Counted from the stretch's first letter, positions 1 to 14,220 are shown. The stretch: 64,000 bases of DNA from Adineta vaga (GCA_021613535.1 CP075495.1:13578001-13642000); one strand, 5' to 3'. Notes: generated by a model not told the origin, from the sequence alone. Made by a program: numbers and translations.

Positions 1-180
1 CATCATTAAGAGTAGCATTCGTTCAATTTCTCTAGAGATTTCTTTCTTCCGTTTCTCGTTTTTTTCTTCTTTCTCACAGATCACAAATACTCTCACACAT
101 TTTGTTCACAAAAAAGCATCAATCAGTTCTTTTTTTTGTGTTTACTAAACGCTCACATATAAATACGACTATTAATCAAA

Positions 181-1130
181 ATGTGGCAAGCGTTCGAATC
201 ATCGATTCAAACATTAAATAAAGCTCGACGCTTGAATTTGAGTATAAGAAAAAGTGCAAGTAAATCAATTTCATTCGAAGAGATTATCATTTTCTTTTTC
301 AACATTATACTTTTCTTCTCGTATGTTATTTATAGAAAATCCAGCCGCCAAACATCTTGTCAGAAGACCAACATGTACTATAGCTGAATTGATGGGGAAA
401 ACAAAATTTTCTAAAGATGAAATCTGTCATTTATATCGAACATTTAAACAAGTATGTCTATTTGTTGTGTCTTGTTTTTTTGAATATGTATCTTATTGTA
501 TTAGGATTGTCCATCGGGTGAAGTAAGCAAAGCTCATTTTGCTGCAATTTTTGCAACATTATTTCCCAGTGGTGGTATGTAAATTTTTGTTTTGTTTTAT
601 ATTCTAATATATCAATCAATAAAAACTTCCATATTCAATTATAGAATGTTTTCGTTATTCAGTTTTTCTGTTTCGTAATATTGATCGAACAAATAGTGGT
701 TTTATTCGCTTCGAAGATCTTGTTATTACACTTTCAGTTTTAGTTCATGGTTCAATTGAAGAACGAATTTGTTGGATATTTGATTTATATGATTTAAATA
801 AAGATGGAATGATAACACGATTAGTACGATCTTCTTCGAAAGAAAAACTTCTTATTTTCTTCTTCTTTGAGGAATTATTGCAAATGGTTGCAGCTATTTT
901 CCAGTTAATTGTGCCTGTTTGTAAACTAAATTTTACATCGATTACAAGTGCTATCGAAGAACGAACTAATCAATTATTTGAAGTATCTGACTTTTTTTTC
1001 TTGTTAGTGTAGAAAATTTTTCTCTTTTTCCCCCCTCTTTAAGACATGGGATACACATGGAAATGGACATGTATATAAAGAAGATTTCATTCAATATTGT
1101 TTACAGGTTTGTTTAAGAGTTGACGAAGGT

Positions 1131-1161
<31 letters not shown>

Positions 1162-1232
1162 AAGTTAATATGATGTTCCTTCCTCAACAAGTAATAGTTT
1201 CCTTTTTTTCTGATAAGTAGGACAATTATTAA
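181..1232 (+). CDS. KCNIP: Kv channel-interacting protein / neuronal calcium sensor family EF-hand protein (multi-exon; 3' end uncertain)
   Basis: Spliced exons give TKFSKDEICHLYRTFKQDCPSG...FATLFPSG, FRNIDRTNSGFIRFEDLVITLSVLVHGSIEERICWIFDLYDLNKDGMITRLEL and WDTHGNGHVYKEDFIQYCLQ, collinear with KChIP. Last clear donor is at 1107; terminal exon 1221-1232 is a guess. Confidence 0.85.
1135..1161. repeat. (TC)n microsatellite
   Basis: Perfect TC run in the last KChIP intron. Confidence 0.9.
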
Positions 1233-3013
1233 CGAAAATGACTGTGTTGATCACGCATCAAATATCCTTTCGAGGTATTGAAATCTTCAGGGAAATAATG
1301 GTTTATATCCGATGAACAAATCGTTCGAAAATTTTCTTTCAATTGCGTTTCGATAAAATCTCAATCATGTTGAACAACAAAAAAGGACAATGCTCTACTC
1401 TGACATACTAACAAATTCATATAGTATTTTCATTCATAGTAATTTTTCAGTTAGATTAACTATGATTAATGATCACAGATTTCATTGTTGAATGTTCAGT
1501 GATTATTATGAAATAGAACAATTGAATTTTTGCCTGATGATCTGAAAATGCGCATTTTCGTCCGAGTATATATTCCAAATCAATCAATGAAATGATACTT
1601 GAGGCTATAGATAATAGGATAGAGGAAGGGGGTGGTAAAGAAAGAATGCGATTGATTTACAATAAATAGAGATGAGAATATACTTTGGTAAGAGAGAAAT
1701 AAACTAGCTGTCATATCATATCTCATAATAAAAACAAATAACTCAAAGATAATCTACATAATCGAAGGAATATCACATACTGGTATAGTTATACTAATCG
1801 GAGAAAAATTTCTTTGTTTATTGTATTTTTCTTTCCTAATCTTCGAAGAAGAATAACATTTAGTTACCTAAAATTGAATCATCTATTATAAAGATTAACC
1901 ATTGCCGTAGCTAATCCAAAGGAAACCTTTTCAAACATGATGTTTTATTTATTTTAGAATGAAACCATTCAAAAGTCGATGGAAATGCTAAAATCGAACA
2001 TATGTTCTTAATTGTAAAAATGATTATATTTTTTCTTCTATTCTTCTTATTCTCAAAAAAAAACAGAAAGAAAAACAAATGCGCATACAGAAAAATATTT
2101 TGTATACACACAAGTGACAATACACGTGGTGTTCACAATTCAAAATTAAAAAGCTAAAAAAAAAACGAAGCAAAAGGCGAGTCTCTGATTAGTACGAAAT
2201 CAAATCAGAAATAGAAAAGAAAACATTGAATTTACTGATATATCCCTGAGAGTGACAGTTATAGATAAACAGGAAAAGGACAACACAGACACATGTATAT
2301 ATGAAGTGCATAGTTTATAGCTCAATACATTGCATTAAAAACATTGTTCAAGCCAATCGTGTCGATAATAATGAAATATTTATAGATATATGTATATATA
2401 TATATATATATTAAATATGTAACTCCTTAGTTGTTTTATCAAAAATGAAGGAAAAAACACAAGTATCATGAATTCGCCAAACATCTGCCTGTTTCGTCGA
2501 TCGATTAGTCGGTCAAGGAAAAAACAAACCAAAAAAGAAAAAAGCAAACAACTATTAAAATTTAGAAGAATAATGCAATGGAGCACGGACAAAGAAGAGA
2601 AAGAGATAATGGCACAACTCTCTAATTGATAGATAAGTGGGTTTTTTTTTTCGAAATTCAAAGATAGAGAAGTAAAGAGATAGGATGTGTCACTGTTTTT
2701 TCCGAAAAAAAACGAAATATTTTCGTTACAAATATGGCTATCGGCAATTTTTTTTTCTTCATACAAACACTGTTATTCAAAGGTGACTAAGGGAAAAAGG
2801 AGAAAAAGAAATTTTGTATGTGCTTGTTTGTAACAACAAATAAAAAGAAAACTGTACAAAATATCTCTATTAACACGCAAAACGAAAAAAAATGAGAAAT
2901 AGAGAATAATGTCGGACCTGAGTGATAAAGAAAAAATGAACACATTTTCAAATTCATGTGTTATATGTGAAAAAAACATTTTTGAGTATTATGGTTTTAT
3001 TTTTTATTGAAAA

Positions 3014-4687
3014 TTAATTATTTGCTTGTAAACCATTGAGCATTTCGCCAAGTAAACAACCATCAAGAAGTTTACCATCATGTTTACGATCGATTAATTG
3101 TAATAATTTTTTTAAATCATTACCAACAAGACGAACATCGGGTAATTTAAGTAAAATACATGCAAATTTTTCTTGTTCATTTGTTGGAATTTGTGATTGA
3201 GTTGAAGATGTATTAGATGTTGATGAACTATTATTATGATCTGTTGTATATTCACCTAATGCGTTAGTAATCTTCTCTTGAACTTCTTCGATTAAACTCG
3301 ATTCAGTAACACCTTGAACATCTAAAATCATTCGATATGAAACAAGAATTATTTTCTATCAACGAACAAAAAATGAATTTAATTGCTAACCTGGATCAAA
3401 TAGTACAAGATATTTGAGTGCTAAATATTCCGGATACTAAATAACAGATAAGAAATTTATCTGGAAAGAAAAATATCGAATGAAATACATACTTGCCATT
3501 GTAGTTGTCGAAAATCATTCACACATTGTAAATATCTTTCAGCTAGTTTTTTAACAGCTGGATTTTGAATTAAATTTATATTTAATAATTGACCATTTGC
3601 CTTTAAAAACGAAACGAAAGCAAAAGAATGATGAAAAGAAAATGAACAAGAAAGTTTTAACTTACACTAACGATACAATTTACACATGTTTCTTTTGGTT
3701 GTTGACATTGTTTCCATATTAAATCGATAATTAAAATTTCAATCCAAGCTGCTTTTAATAATTTTATCTGATTATCAATCTATTGAAAATAGAGAATAGA
3801 ATTTTCTTTTTCTGTAACAAATCAAGATCAAATCTTACTTGAATATCTTTAAAATATAACGATTGTCGTGCCTAAATTTTCAATAAAGATTTAAATCAAT
3901 CTGGATACTTCATTTGAAAATCTTACCCAATCAACCATAAGAAAACATAATTTATCTAGAAGTGAACATACAACTAAGATATCACCATCATCACGTGTTA
4001 AATCAATATGTATTTGTTGTATATCTTCAATATAACGTACTTCCGTACACTAGAAATAATATCAATGAAATAGAATTGAAGAAATCTTCATGAAAATCTC
4101 TTACTCGATAAGCCTGATCAGATTCAATTAGTTTTGTTAAAATTTCTGGTATATTATTCGTTTCATTTGTAACGTAATTGTGTCCAAGATAGTGATGATT
4201 ATAAAAATAAAGTGATGATGATCCATTATGATTATCTGTATTCATTGGATCATTCGAAGCCATGGATTGTTGTTGCATGGTTAATGTACTTAGAATGGAT
4301 GATGGATTTAATGATGGATTATTTGTACTTGTTACAGTTGTTGTTGGTGAGGATATTTGATAATCAAGTAATTTCGATGATAATTGTCCAACAGGTGATG
4401 AACTCGAATTTGATGAACCTGAGGGTGGATTACTGTTACTAGTTGATGTATTTGTTGATGAAACACCTGTTGGTAAGGATGATGATGATGATGGTGGTAG
4501 AAGTAAGGAAGGTGGTGAATGTCCATAGTTTGTTGATGAATTTTTATAATATGAATTGAATGGATTCAATTGAAATGGTGGCATACGTGTATTATTTGGA
4601 ACATTTGGATTCGTATTAAAAAAATCTGGGTAAACATTGAATGATGATGTTGATGATGAAGATTTCTGCTGCTGCTGCTGTTGTTGC

Positions 4688-4722
<35 letters not shown>

Positions 4723-6339
4723 CTGTTGATGTGACGACTGATAATGATGTTGATGATGTGCCGAAGATGGATGATGTGGATGATGATTTTGATGATGTAC
4801 ATGTGACGCGTGAGCAATATTTGTTGGCGTTTGTAAACTCGAATAGATATGTTGAAATGGATGAAGATTTGGTTGTTCAGGTTCAGATTTAACTTGCATA
4901 CTATTGCCATTTGTTACACCAGTTATATCTAATGGTGATTGACCACTATCCATACCATTACCATTTGGTAGGTTTTGTTGTGCTTTAACCATACTAACAA
5001 AATGTTGTCTCATTATTTGTTGCCGCAATGCTCGACTACGACGATATAATGGACCAAATTTATTTCTTCCACCTCGAACACGATTTTCTCGAACAGCTTC
5101 TAATTTCATGCCAACTTGAAGACATTTTTTAAATCGACAAAAAGCACAACGTTTACGTTGAGTTTTATCTATTTGACATTGTTGTTTATCAATACATTGG
5201 TAATTTTTCTTGTTTTGTACTGTTCGTTTAAAAAATCCTAAATTAGAAAAAAAGAAACATATATATGTAAATATACATTTTTTCTTTCAAATCCAAATTT
5301 ACCTTTGCAGGATTCACACGTCAAGAGACCATAATGAAAACCGCTGACTTTATCACCACAGACAGGACATAAATCATTAAAACCAAATTTAACATCTAGT
5401 CCAACGTCCGGTGATGGCACATCCAGAACACCTGGACCTAAATCATAAATCACAAATAATTTTATTAACGATTCATTATTTTCTTTGTTTCTTTCTATGT
5501 TTAATTCTTCTATGTCGATGACAAATAAATGCATTAAATTTCACTTCTGTTATATTTTACTTTAGGATGATTGTAAAAGGAAAAAAAGAAACGATCAGTT
5601 TTCTAAATCAATATACATAAACGTACACACATATGACAACTATCGTATTTGATTACTTAAGAATTATCTAGTTTTTTTCTGTCTTTCTGATTACAAAATT
5701 CAGTTCTGCCCTCATTTTTCTCTTTCATTAATTCCATGGTAAAAATGATTAAACTACTAGTTAATTGCATGACATATGTGTACATATACACACACATACG
5801 TCACTTTTTCTCCTACAACACTAGCGGTCATAATAAATCGCTTCCTTTGCGACACGCGTGTGTGCATATTCATTGAAAATGTAAGATAGATGAGGTACAG
5901 AAAATAAACGTATATATATATATATATATATGTCGATAGATAGATGAAGTGAGTCGAAAAGTTGCGTAAACGAGCAAAGTCAACAGCTGTGCATACACAT
6001 GAATGAACAAAAAACCTCTATGAAAAAGAAATAAAAAAGCTTTTGTTGTAATTATGACAACGATGTTGGTGGTGGTGGTGGTGGCGGCGACATGAGAATT
6101 TACTCACATATCGAGTCCGGACGCGGCCGCTTTCGATGTGTAGCTTTTTTTGACCTTTTTTCTTCTTGTTCTGTGCACTCGTCGCCAGCACACATCACTA
6201 ACATACTATTACAATAACTACAACTACTTCTGCACATATCCTCGTACTCATACAAGTCGATGATGAGGAGGGATGTGAGGAACATAGAAAGACGCAACAT
6301 CGTTACTATTTCTGTGTTCTATGTTCATACACGAATGTG

Positions 6340-6380
<41 letters not shown>

Positions 6381-8883
6381 ATACATCGTTCTTTTTCTTA
6401 ACGGTGCAAAGACGTAACATGAATGTGTAGATGATGAACATCTTTTCTTTTCAAATAATTGTTCGATGATGACAATGATGATGATGACGTCGATTGAAAT
6501 TTGAGCGAATTGTGCATAGTGTCCTTGCGCAACATCGTTAATCGTTTGGACAAACAAAGCACCGTGCACTTCTCGGTGGATATACATATGTATGTGTATG
6601 TGTCGCGCGCGGGCGCTCGCTCGCATTCATTAAACCATTTCGCATTTAATCGAGTCGAGCCAAGTTTCAGTCCGGACTCAAAGCTCGGCTAATGACAAGG
6701 ACATCTACCTAGTTAAATGCGACTGTGATTACAAGGACATTTAACTCATCAAAAAAGTAGTGATAGAACAATGTGTATGTGAAACACCTGATGATAATGA
6801 TAATATGAAATGACATGGGTTCCTTTTTTTTCTCGAATGATAAAGGTATACAATGAAGCCGTAAAGATTGAACAGCTTTTTTTTCGAATGATAATAAAGT
6901 ATGAAAAAATAAATAAATTGAAAGCTTACCCATCCGGGGAGCGAACTGTGAGGTGGTGATCTTTGGTGGTTGTTGTTGTTGTTAGGGTCAAATGTAATGG
7001 TTGAAAATCAGCTTGTGCTCGTCGTCTTTTTTTCTCGTTTATTCTATTTCTCTTTCTCTCGTTTGCTCGTTTACTCTCTTGTACTTGGTTTTCTCGTTCT
7101 CAGTTAGTGGTCGATATCGAAGGATAAATACTGCGTAACATTTGTATGTTATGCTCAGCGCACCCAATTTTTCTTCCGTAGTGATATGATGTTGCTGATG
7201 CTACTCGTCCAACAACGCCAACGTAGCATATGTATTGTAGTATGTGTATGTATCGCAATGATGGTGGTAGTAGTCGACGTTGTCAGTAGTAGAGTGTGCT
7301 ACGCGAACTATTTTGCTTATTCTTTTTTCTTTCTTCTTTTGCACTACTGCCGCCACCATTATCGCTCCTTCGTTGATTCTTTTTCTCTATTTTTTTCTTT
7401 CTTTTTTTTCTTTCTTTCTCCTTTGTATGAGTGTGCATGTATGTATGAATGTGCAATGACGCCCATGAACCGATGACCATGTACATATTGCAGCAGAAAC
7501 AGCAGTGCAGATGAGAGCGAGAGAGAGAGAAAGAGAAAGAACGAGTGCAATACGCGCAACTACTACTATTGTTTTACCACCCTATTTTACTTCTTTTGCT
7601 TTTTTTTCTTTTTCTTTACTTCGTCTTTCTCCCCCTTTTGTATGTGTACATATATGTTCAACATAAGATGACGACGTCATCGAAAAGAAAAAGATGAGCT
7701 GCTTGCACATAGGCAAACTAGCAAGCGCGCACTTTACATCAACGTCATCATAAAAAAAAGAAATTACAGTTCGCTCCGAACGCAATATGCACGAGCGAGA
7801 GGGAGAGAGAAGGGTACAACTTCCTCTTGAGCTTATATATATATACGCAATTATATGATGGTTACTTTGCCTTCTGCCGTTATTTACTTCTGAACATATA
7901 AACCTTTGAAATTATTTCTCTTTTCCTTTAGTTCATATATTCAAAACGTATGTACTAAAACAGGCAGCAGAAAATTGATTTGACTGCAATCTATGAATTG
8001 GTCAAGATTGTCATTAGTGTATGATGTTTGCTTTTTATGAATGACTTTTTTTTAACTAACCGTTTTATTTTTCTCTTATGACAACAATGACCGTAGACAT
8101 CTAGGTCATTCATGTGTTCTTTATCGTCAACGACTGTCTGTCTGGGTGTCTGGCTGACCATCGGCTGGACATTATTCTATTCAGTTGTCGACATGATAGG
8201 AAGACAAAAAAAAGCTCCGAATGTGAATGCACTCGGTCGTTCGATCGGTCAGTAAAGTACATATTGGCCAGACGATTGTTCGTTCACTATGTGCGTAACC
8301 TTATATACGAAGGGCATATGCAGATGGTCAGACATACTCAAGAGAATAGTTAAGTGAAACACTTGAGACAGACATGTTCTCTTATTGGTAGATGGAAACA
8401 TGAAGATTAAACGATACAACCTTATTCAACATCTCAACAAATGAATCTTTGAATAGATGAATAGACAACAATGTATATCTCTATATGTTGACATTGAACA
8501 TCGTAAAAGATAATCTCTATTCATCGAGTTTACATAATCACATACATTCATTACTTAACGAGTTGTTGAAGCTTACCATTTTTCTTGATAGATTTCTTTT
8601 GTCTTGTTGTGTCTGTTCTATTTGTATCATCAATACTATATTGTATTGAATCATCTTCATCATCATCTTCGTCATCATCATTCTCAGTTTCTTCTCTCTC
8701 ATCTTCATTTTGATAATTATTATCATCAACATCAAGAAGATCATCAAGTGATTGTGGTGTTTTCATCATAACATTCGTATCGTCAATCGATTTGTCTGAT
8801 TCATTATTTGATTCTAATGTATGAAGTTTTTTGTTGGAATTTGATCGTAAATAATTCGTTTGTTGAAGTTTACATTTATTCAT
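3014..8883 (-). CDS. ftz-f1: Nuclear receptor NR5A (FTZ-F1/SF-1/LRH-1 type), with two candidate first exons (8883-8577 and 6933-6930)
   Basis: DNA-binding domain [33 protein letters not shown]...[19 protein letters not shown] (exon 5437-5303 and exon starting 5237). FTZ-F1 box [16 protein letters not shown] exons include [25 protein letters not shown] and [10 protein letters not shown]; AF-2 LLGEML. The core 3014-5437 is secure; first-exon assignment is inferred from phase-1 donors. Confidence 0.93.
4666..4728 (-). repeat. Coding CAG/CAA repeat, about 21 Gln, in the NR5A hinge
   Basis: Mixed ctg/ttg run on + strand; polyQ in ORF 4027..5109. Confidence 0.9.
6340..6383. repeat. Compound (TA)n(TG)n microsatellite
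   Basis: Seen directly in the NR5A intron. Confidence 0.85.
6520..6739. promoter_or_regulatory. Cluster of three CAAGGACA NR5A-type response elements
   Basis: TGTCCTTG 6520-6527, CAAGGACA 6696-6703 and CAAGGACA 6732-6739. Each is a one-base variant of the CAAGGYCR FTZ-F1/SF-1 core. Confidence 0.5.
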
Positions 8884-10619
8884 TTTGTTAAAATAATCAT
8901 TTCAATTTGAATATTTCGATTCTAAAATAGATAGAAGAAAAAACGAAGAGATATAAATGAAAATGAATGCTTCTAGCATTTTCTTTGTTTTCATTTCTTA
9001 TTCATTATTATTTCGTTTTTTTTCCTTCGAACATAAAAGTAATGACAAACAGTTGACGTTCGTTTTTTCTATATAAATTAGCTCTATATAAGTTATGCTC
9101 CATTGATTTTCATTTATTATCAAAAACGAAGAAACCAAAAAGATAACACATATTCATATAACGAGTGTCATTTCTCTCTCTCCCCCCCTCCCTCCTTCTT
9201 CGCTTATGTATATACACAATTACAATTGAACTTACATAGAAAATATCAAGATGAATATTGTAAATCATGTATTGGACTTGTTAAAGATATGTTGTTTTCA
9301 GAAATAATTTGCATCATTTTTCTTATTTCATTATCTTCAATCAACTACAATGTTCTAAAAACAAAGACAAAAGTAGTTTCGGAAAAAAATAGAGTTGATG
9401 GGTGTATCGTCAAGGACGGTTATATACGTATAGATATATAAATATGTAAGTGTAAGATCGACAGGAGTAAAAAGTCCTTGACGAAAGAAATAACCTTCGA
9501 ATAACTAGAATGAATGACAGTACAAGGTGGTGATAGGTATTGCCACGAGATAGATTTAACATCGATGAAAATCATCACTACCTGAATTATACGTATAGAG
9601 AGAGATACATTTGACATTCGAGTAAAAAAATATAAATAAACAAAAAAAAACGCATTATATAAGATTGCTTTTTATTGATTGGTTTAAATGTGAACAACCA
9701 ATAGAATATTGATGTAGAAGTTTGTCGCTCGTATTTTCAGAATGTCTTTTTTTTTAAAGAAGTTTCCAGACAATATAAGTTCATTGAAGTGCATTTTATT
9801 CAAATGACTAACGTTAATCATCATAAGGGTTCAACGTAATCTTGCGTAAGTATGATGGTTGATGTGCGCGCGCACACGCATAGAATACGGAATGGATACC
9901 CTCAGTAGCTTTCCTCTCAACATTGTAATAAAGATCGATTATCAAAAATCTTCTAGATAGAAGATAATAATTGTACACTAAGATACATTTTAGAGATGGA
10001 TATATATTGTATATAATGTTCAAAAGAATTATCCGAATTCCTTTTGAAGAACAAGACGATAAAGACTATTTATCTGCACAAAATATTCATTAAAATATAA
10101 GAATGAATGTATGTCATAAAACTAATTCATAATGTTCTTCCAAAACTAGTAACCTTAATAGTAAATAACGAAAAAGAAAACTATTTGATTACTCTTTTAA
10201 GGTAACATATAAGTCGATTAAAATAAACTCATCGCGTAGAAATGATAGCACATTTCTCACATTCAACTTATCTACTTATTCATAACTAAAGCAGAAAAGC
10301 ACGAATGATCAATATTGACAATATCTCTTTTGTAAATGCTTAAGTTTTTTTTTCTTCTAAAAAGCTACTTGATACCTTGAAAATAGATTATCAACAAAAT
10401 ATCATATAACTAACTGGTTGAATTTTAATACAGAATATAACAAAGATTAGATTACATGAAAGTAGTTCTATTGACAAATATTCTACTATATGTACATGCC
10501 TATTTTACTGAATATAAGAATCTTAATGAAACTGTTTGAGTTTATATAATGAAGAGAAAGAAAAACAAAGCAGTTAATTAATCTGATATTGATCAATAAA
10601 CTTTGATTTTCATTTACAA

Positions 10620-13600
10620 ATGTCTTGTGGTCGTCATCGTCGTCGACCGAAACTTTCGTCAACATTGAATTCACGATTTCATGAGTCTTTTCTGATAAAT
10701 AAACAATCAACTTCGAAAAATTCTTATTCCTCACATAGTAAAAAAAGTGATCATTCAGAAAATTCACCCAAACAAATATTACCAAATGATCATCTTGATT
10801 TGAATCGTTGTCGAGTAATTCATAGTATCTTTTATTGACATTGCTGTACATTTAGTTATGTATACTTTTTTGAAGATCTTAGATGAAAATGGTGATGATG
10901 TTACACCTCGACGAATAACAGATTATGTACGAATAAATATACCAAAACGTCATGAAGATGAGAAATCAGTAATAGAAACAATGAATAAACGAACGATGGA
11001 TACTCAGGAACGATCAGTTTCTGAAAAAAGCATTATTGGTAATACAAATCTAACTACGTCAAAGTCTCATAAATTTCAAACTGATACATTATTTTCAACT
11101 AGGTGAACATATATAAATTCGTATCGAAAGAAAAAAACTCATTTGTATAATTGATTTAGAGAAAAAGTTACACTTGATATCGGTACAAAAATTATAATGG
11201 AAAGTGAATATCTATTTAGTAAAACACACAATGATCGAACACCTCGTACGGATAGTTCTAATCAAATCGTGCCAGCAACATTTCTTCCTGGTTAGCATCA
11301 TGAGATTGCGTAAAAGAACTTTTTTTTTCTGAATGATAGAACATGTGATGTAGGACTTGATCTACAATCGACAGAATCACTAATGGATTTTATTGAATTA
11401 AATGAAACAGGAACTATGTTTATTCTAAATCTAAATAGTTCTGTAGTTACTCATAATGATCATGATGAATACAATACCATCAAAGAAAAGAACGAGATTT
11501 ATTTAGAAGTAAGAGATATTCGTTTGGATCGGAAATGGAAGTCACATAATTCAGTTTTTTTCTTTTCAGTTATGTAAAACTAAACGTAATAATGATTTAT
11601 ATGTTGATCGTGGTATGCAAACATTTAATAATTTACCCAAACATGAACATATAATCACTGATTCTTTGTGGACTCGTGTAAGTAGTTAATTTACTCTTCG
11701 ATTAAGTTTCATATATTTATTATAGTCACAACAATCATGGGCTAATGCATGGGATATGTATGATTCTACAATGGAAGCAGAACGATATGAAGGGAAAAGT
11801 AGATGATTAATATCTCTTACAAACGAAATGTTTTACAGTTTGTATTTGAATAGTCTATCGGCAATATTTAATGTATAATAAAAACGATGTTAACGATAAT
11901 AAACTTAAACTTGAAGAAAATCCAAAGTTTAATAGACAAAGAACAATGCTATCTATTGAATCATCTTCACAAAGTAAAATGAATAGATGTGCATTTTATA
12001 CTGTCATTGTATTTGAGATTTTAGATTCATCGACACTTTTCTCTCAAGAATCATTAGTTAACATGATTCCATCAAAAGCACATTGTTTTGAATTAGATTC
12101 AAATCATAAAAATCAAGTAACTACATTAAACATCTTTTCCTACTTGATTTTCATTGATTTACTCATTACAGTTACCTGAGATCGATGTTGATGCATTTAT
12201 TATGGAACGTATTCTTAATTTAAATGTGTATCATAAAAAACAAGCTGTTTATCAAGGTTTAGATGCAATGTTCGATGTTAATCGTTTATCTGTTATCACA
12301 AACGATGATAATACCTATTTTCATAGTAGAAAAAATTCATCGTTCATGAAAACTATGACTGTCACGCTCAAACGTTTATGGAATTATGCTAGTTTTCTTA
12401 CACATGGTCGAAACGTTTCATGTTTATGTTGGAATGAACGAAATCATGTAGAGTTTATGAATAACATTATTGGTAATGTTAAACTCTTCATTCTTGTAGA
12501 ATTTATTAGCAGTTGGTTATGGTAAATTTCAATACAATGATGAAAAAGAAGGTTTGATATGAATTCATTTGTCTAGTTTCATTCGTGTTCATTTAAAGGT
12601 CTTGTCTGTTGTTGGAACGTTAAAAATCTTGAAGTATATACATTTTTTTGTTATACCATTACTAACCTAATTTTTATTATTGAAGTTTCCTGAACGTTAT
12701 TATCAAACTGATGGTGGTGTTACATCATTATCATTCTCACATAAACGTCCAAATCTATTAACTGTAAATATTAAATTGAAATTTTATTTGAAAATTTATA
12801 TTTTCAATAAGGTTGGTCTATTCAATGGAAATATATGTATCTTTGATTTAAATCAAAATAATACATCTGCAATTGTTGATACCTAGTTCGTATGATTAGC
12901 AATGAAGTTGCTTAAGATTTAGTCCTGTTTTTAAGTGAATATATTCATAAACATACAAGTCCGGTCTGGCAAATAGCATGGAGCGAACAAGATCATTCCA
13001 CTGAAATAGATACTATTGAAGTATTAATATCCATTTCATCGGATAGTCGTATTACTCAATGGATATTACGCAAAGACTTTGAAGCTACGGGTAAATTCAA
13101 GTGAAATTATTGATTATTGTATTTTCGAAAAAACACAATCTAGATCTGATGCGTTTAAAACCTCATGTGTCTTCTGAACTATCAGAAAATAACAATGGAA
13201 TTCATACCAATACAAGTTTTGTTGGTGGTCTTTGTTTTGACATACATCCCAATGATAAAACAATGTTCGTAATTATTATTATTATATTATTGAAAAAGAA
13301 GAAACATTTTTGGAATTTTTCAGTTATTTATGTGGTACCGATAATGGTCTTATTCATCGTTGTTCGACATTGTACAATGAAAAATATTTAGAGTCTTATA
13401 TAGGTCATACAGGACCTATTTATAAAGTTCATTGGTCTCCATTTGTTGAAAATATCTTTTTAAGTGCTAGTGCTGATTGGACAATAAGATTATGGATGAT
13501 TGAACATTATCAAGCATGTATGATATTTTCATCATCAAATTCGAAAATGTTTTTCGATGTTATTTGGTCACCAAAATCGTCGACTATGTTTTGTTGTGTT

Positions 13601-14083
13601 AGTGAAAATACGATTGAAATATGGGATTTATCTGAAAGCATGTACGAACGATAGTTTCTTGTTCTTTCTTTCAACGAATTATTCATCACATTTTTTATTT
13701 CAGACTCGATCCAATCTATATTGCGAATTGTCCAGAGCAACTTACATTAACATCGATCGCTTATGCAACAGATTCGGATGTAAATTTTAGATCGAGAAAA
13801 ACCCTTTTTGAATATCGACAAAGACCTTTTCTTATAGTGTATTTTAGTGGGAACAAGTGATGGTGCTGTATGGGTTTATCATTTAAAATATCTTTCGCCA
13901 TCAACGAATGTAAGTTTTATGAAGAATAATGATTAGTAGTCTTTGTTTTTCTCATAGGTAAATGATCTCTTAACAATCGTCGAGCAAAATATACGTAGTC
14001 AAGTTAATACTTCGAAAGAAATAATAAATGAATCAATGACAGCACCTCGTGTTTCAGTCCAATCTGTTTCAAAAGGAACATAA
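10620..14083 (+). CDS. DNAI4: Dynein axonemal intermediate chain 4 (WDR78), WD-repeat protein, many exons
   Basis: DENGDDVTPR; LKRLWNY...GRNVSCLCWN...LLAVGYG; CCWNVKNLEFPERYY; KHTSPVWQIAW; SISSDSRITQW; DLMRLK; GLIHRCSTLYNEKYLESYIGHTGPIYKVHWSPF...LSASADW. Stop TAA 14081-14083. Confidence 0.88.
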
Positions 14084-14220
14084 AACCATCTCATCTTGTA
14101 CTTAGCGAGGCTCATTAAAAAAACATTCATCATTCACGTTCAGTTTAAGAAGATTTATTTTATTTGAAATTGCGATAAAAATCATATTGATAGAAATTTT
14201 TTTGAACTATTATTCTAATC

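Noticed and set aside
1911-2979. Short F/L/I-rich ORFs on the minus strand
   Set aside because: Translations of A/T-run-rich 3' UTR or intergenic sequence; no domain or exon structure.
4212-4910. ORFs overlapping the NR5A hinge exon
   Set aside because: Shadow frames of low-complexity coding sequence.
6100-7785. Multiple short ORFs in the NR5A introns
   Set aside because: Driven by microsatellites and simple repeats; no coding signal.
8131-8375. Loose inverted similarity (CTGACCATC / GATGGTCAG) suggesting a MITE
   Set aside because: Short internal match; no clear termini or target duplication.
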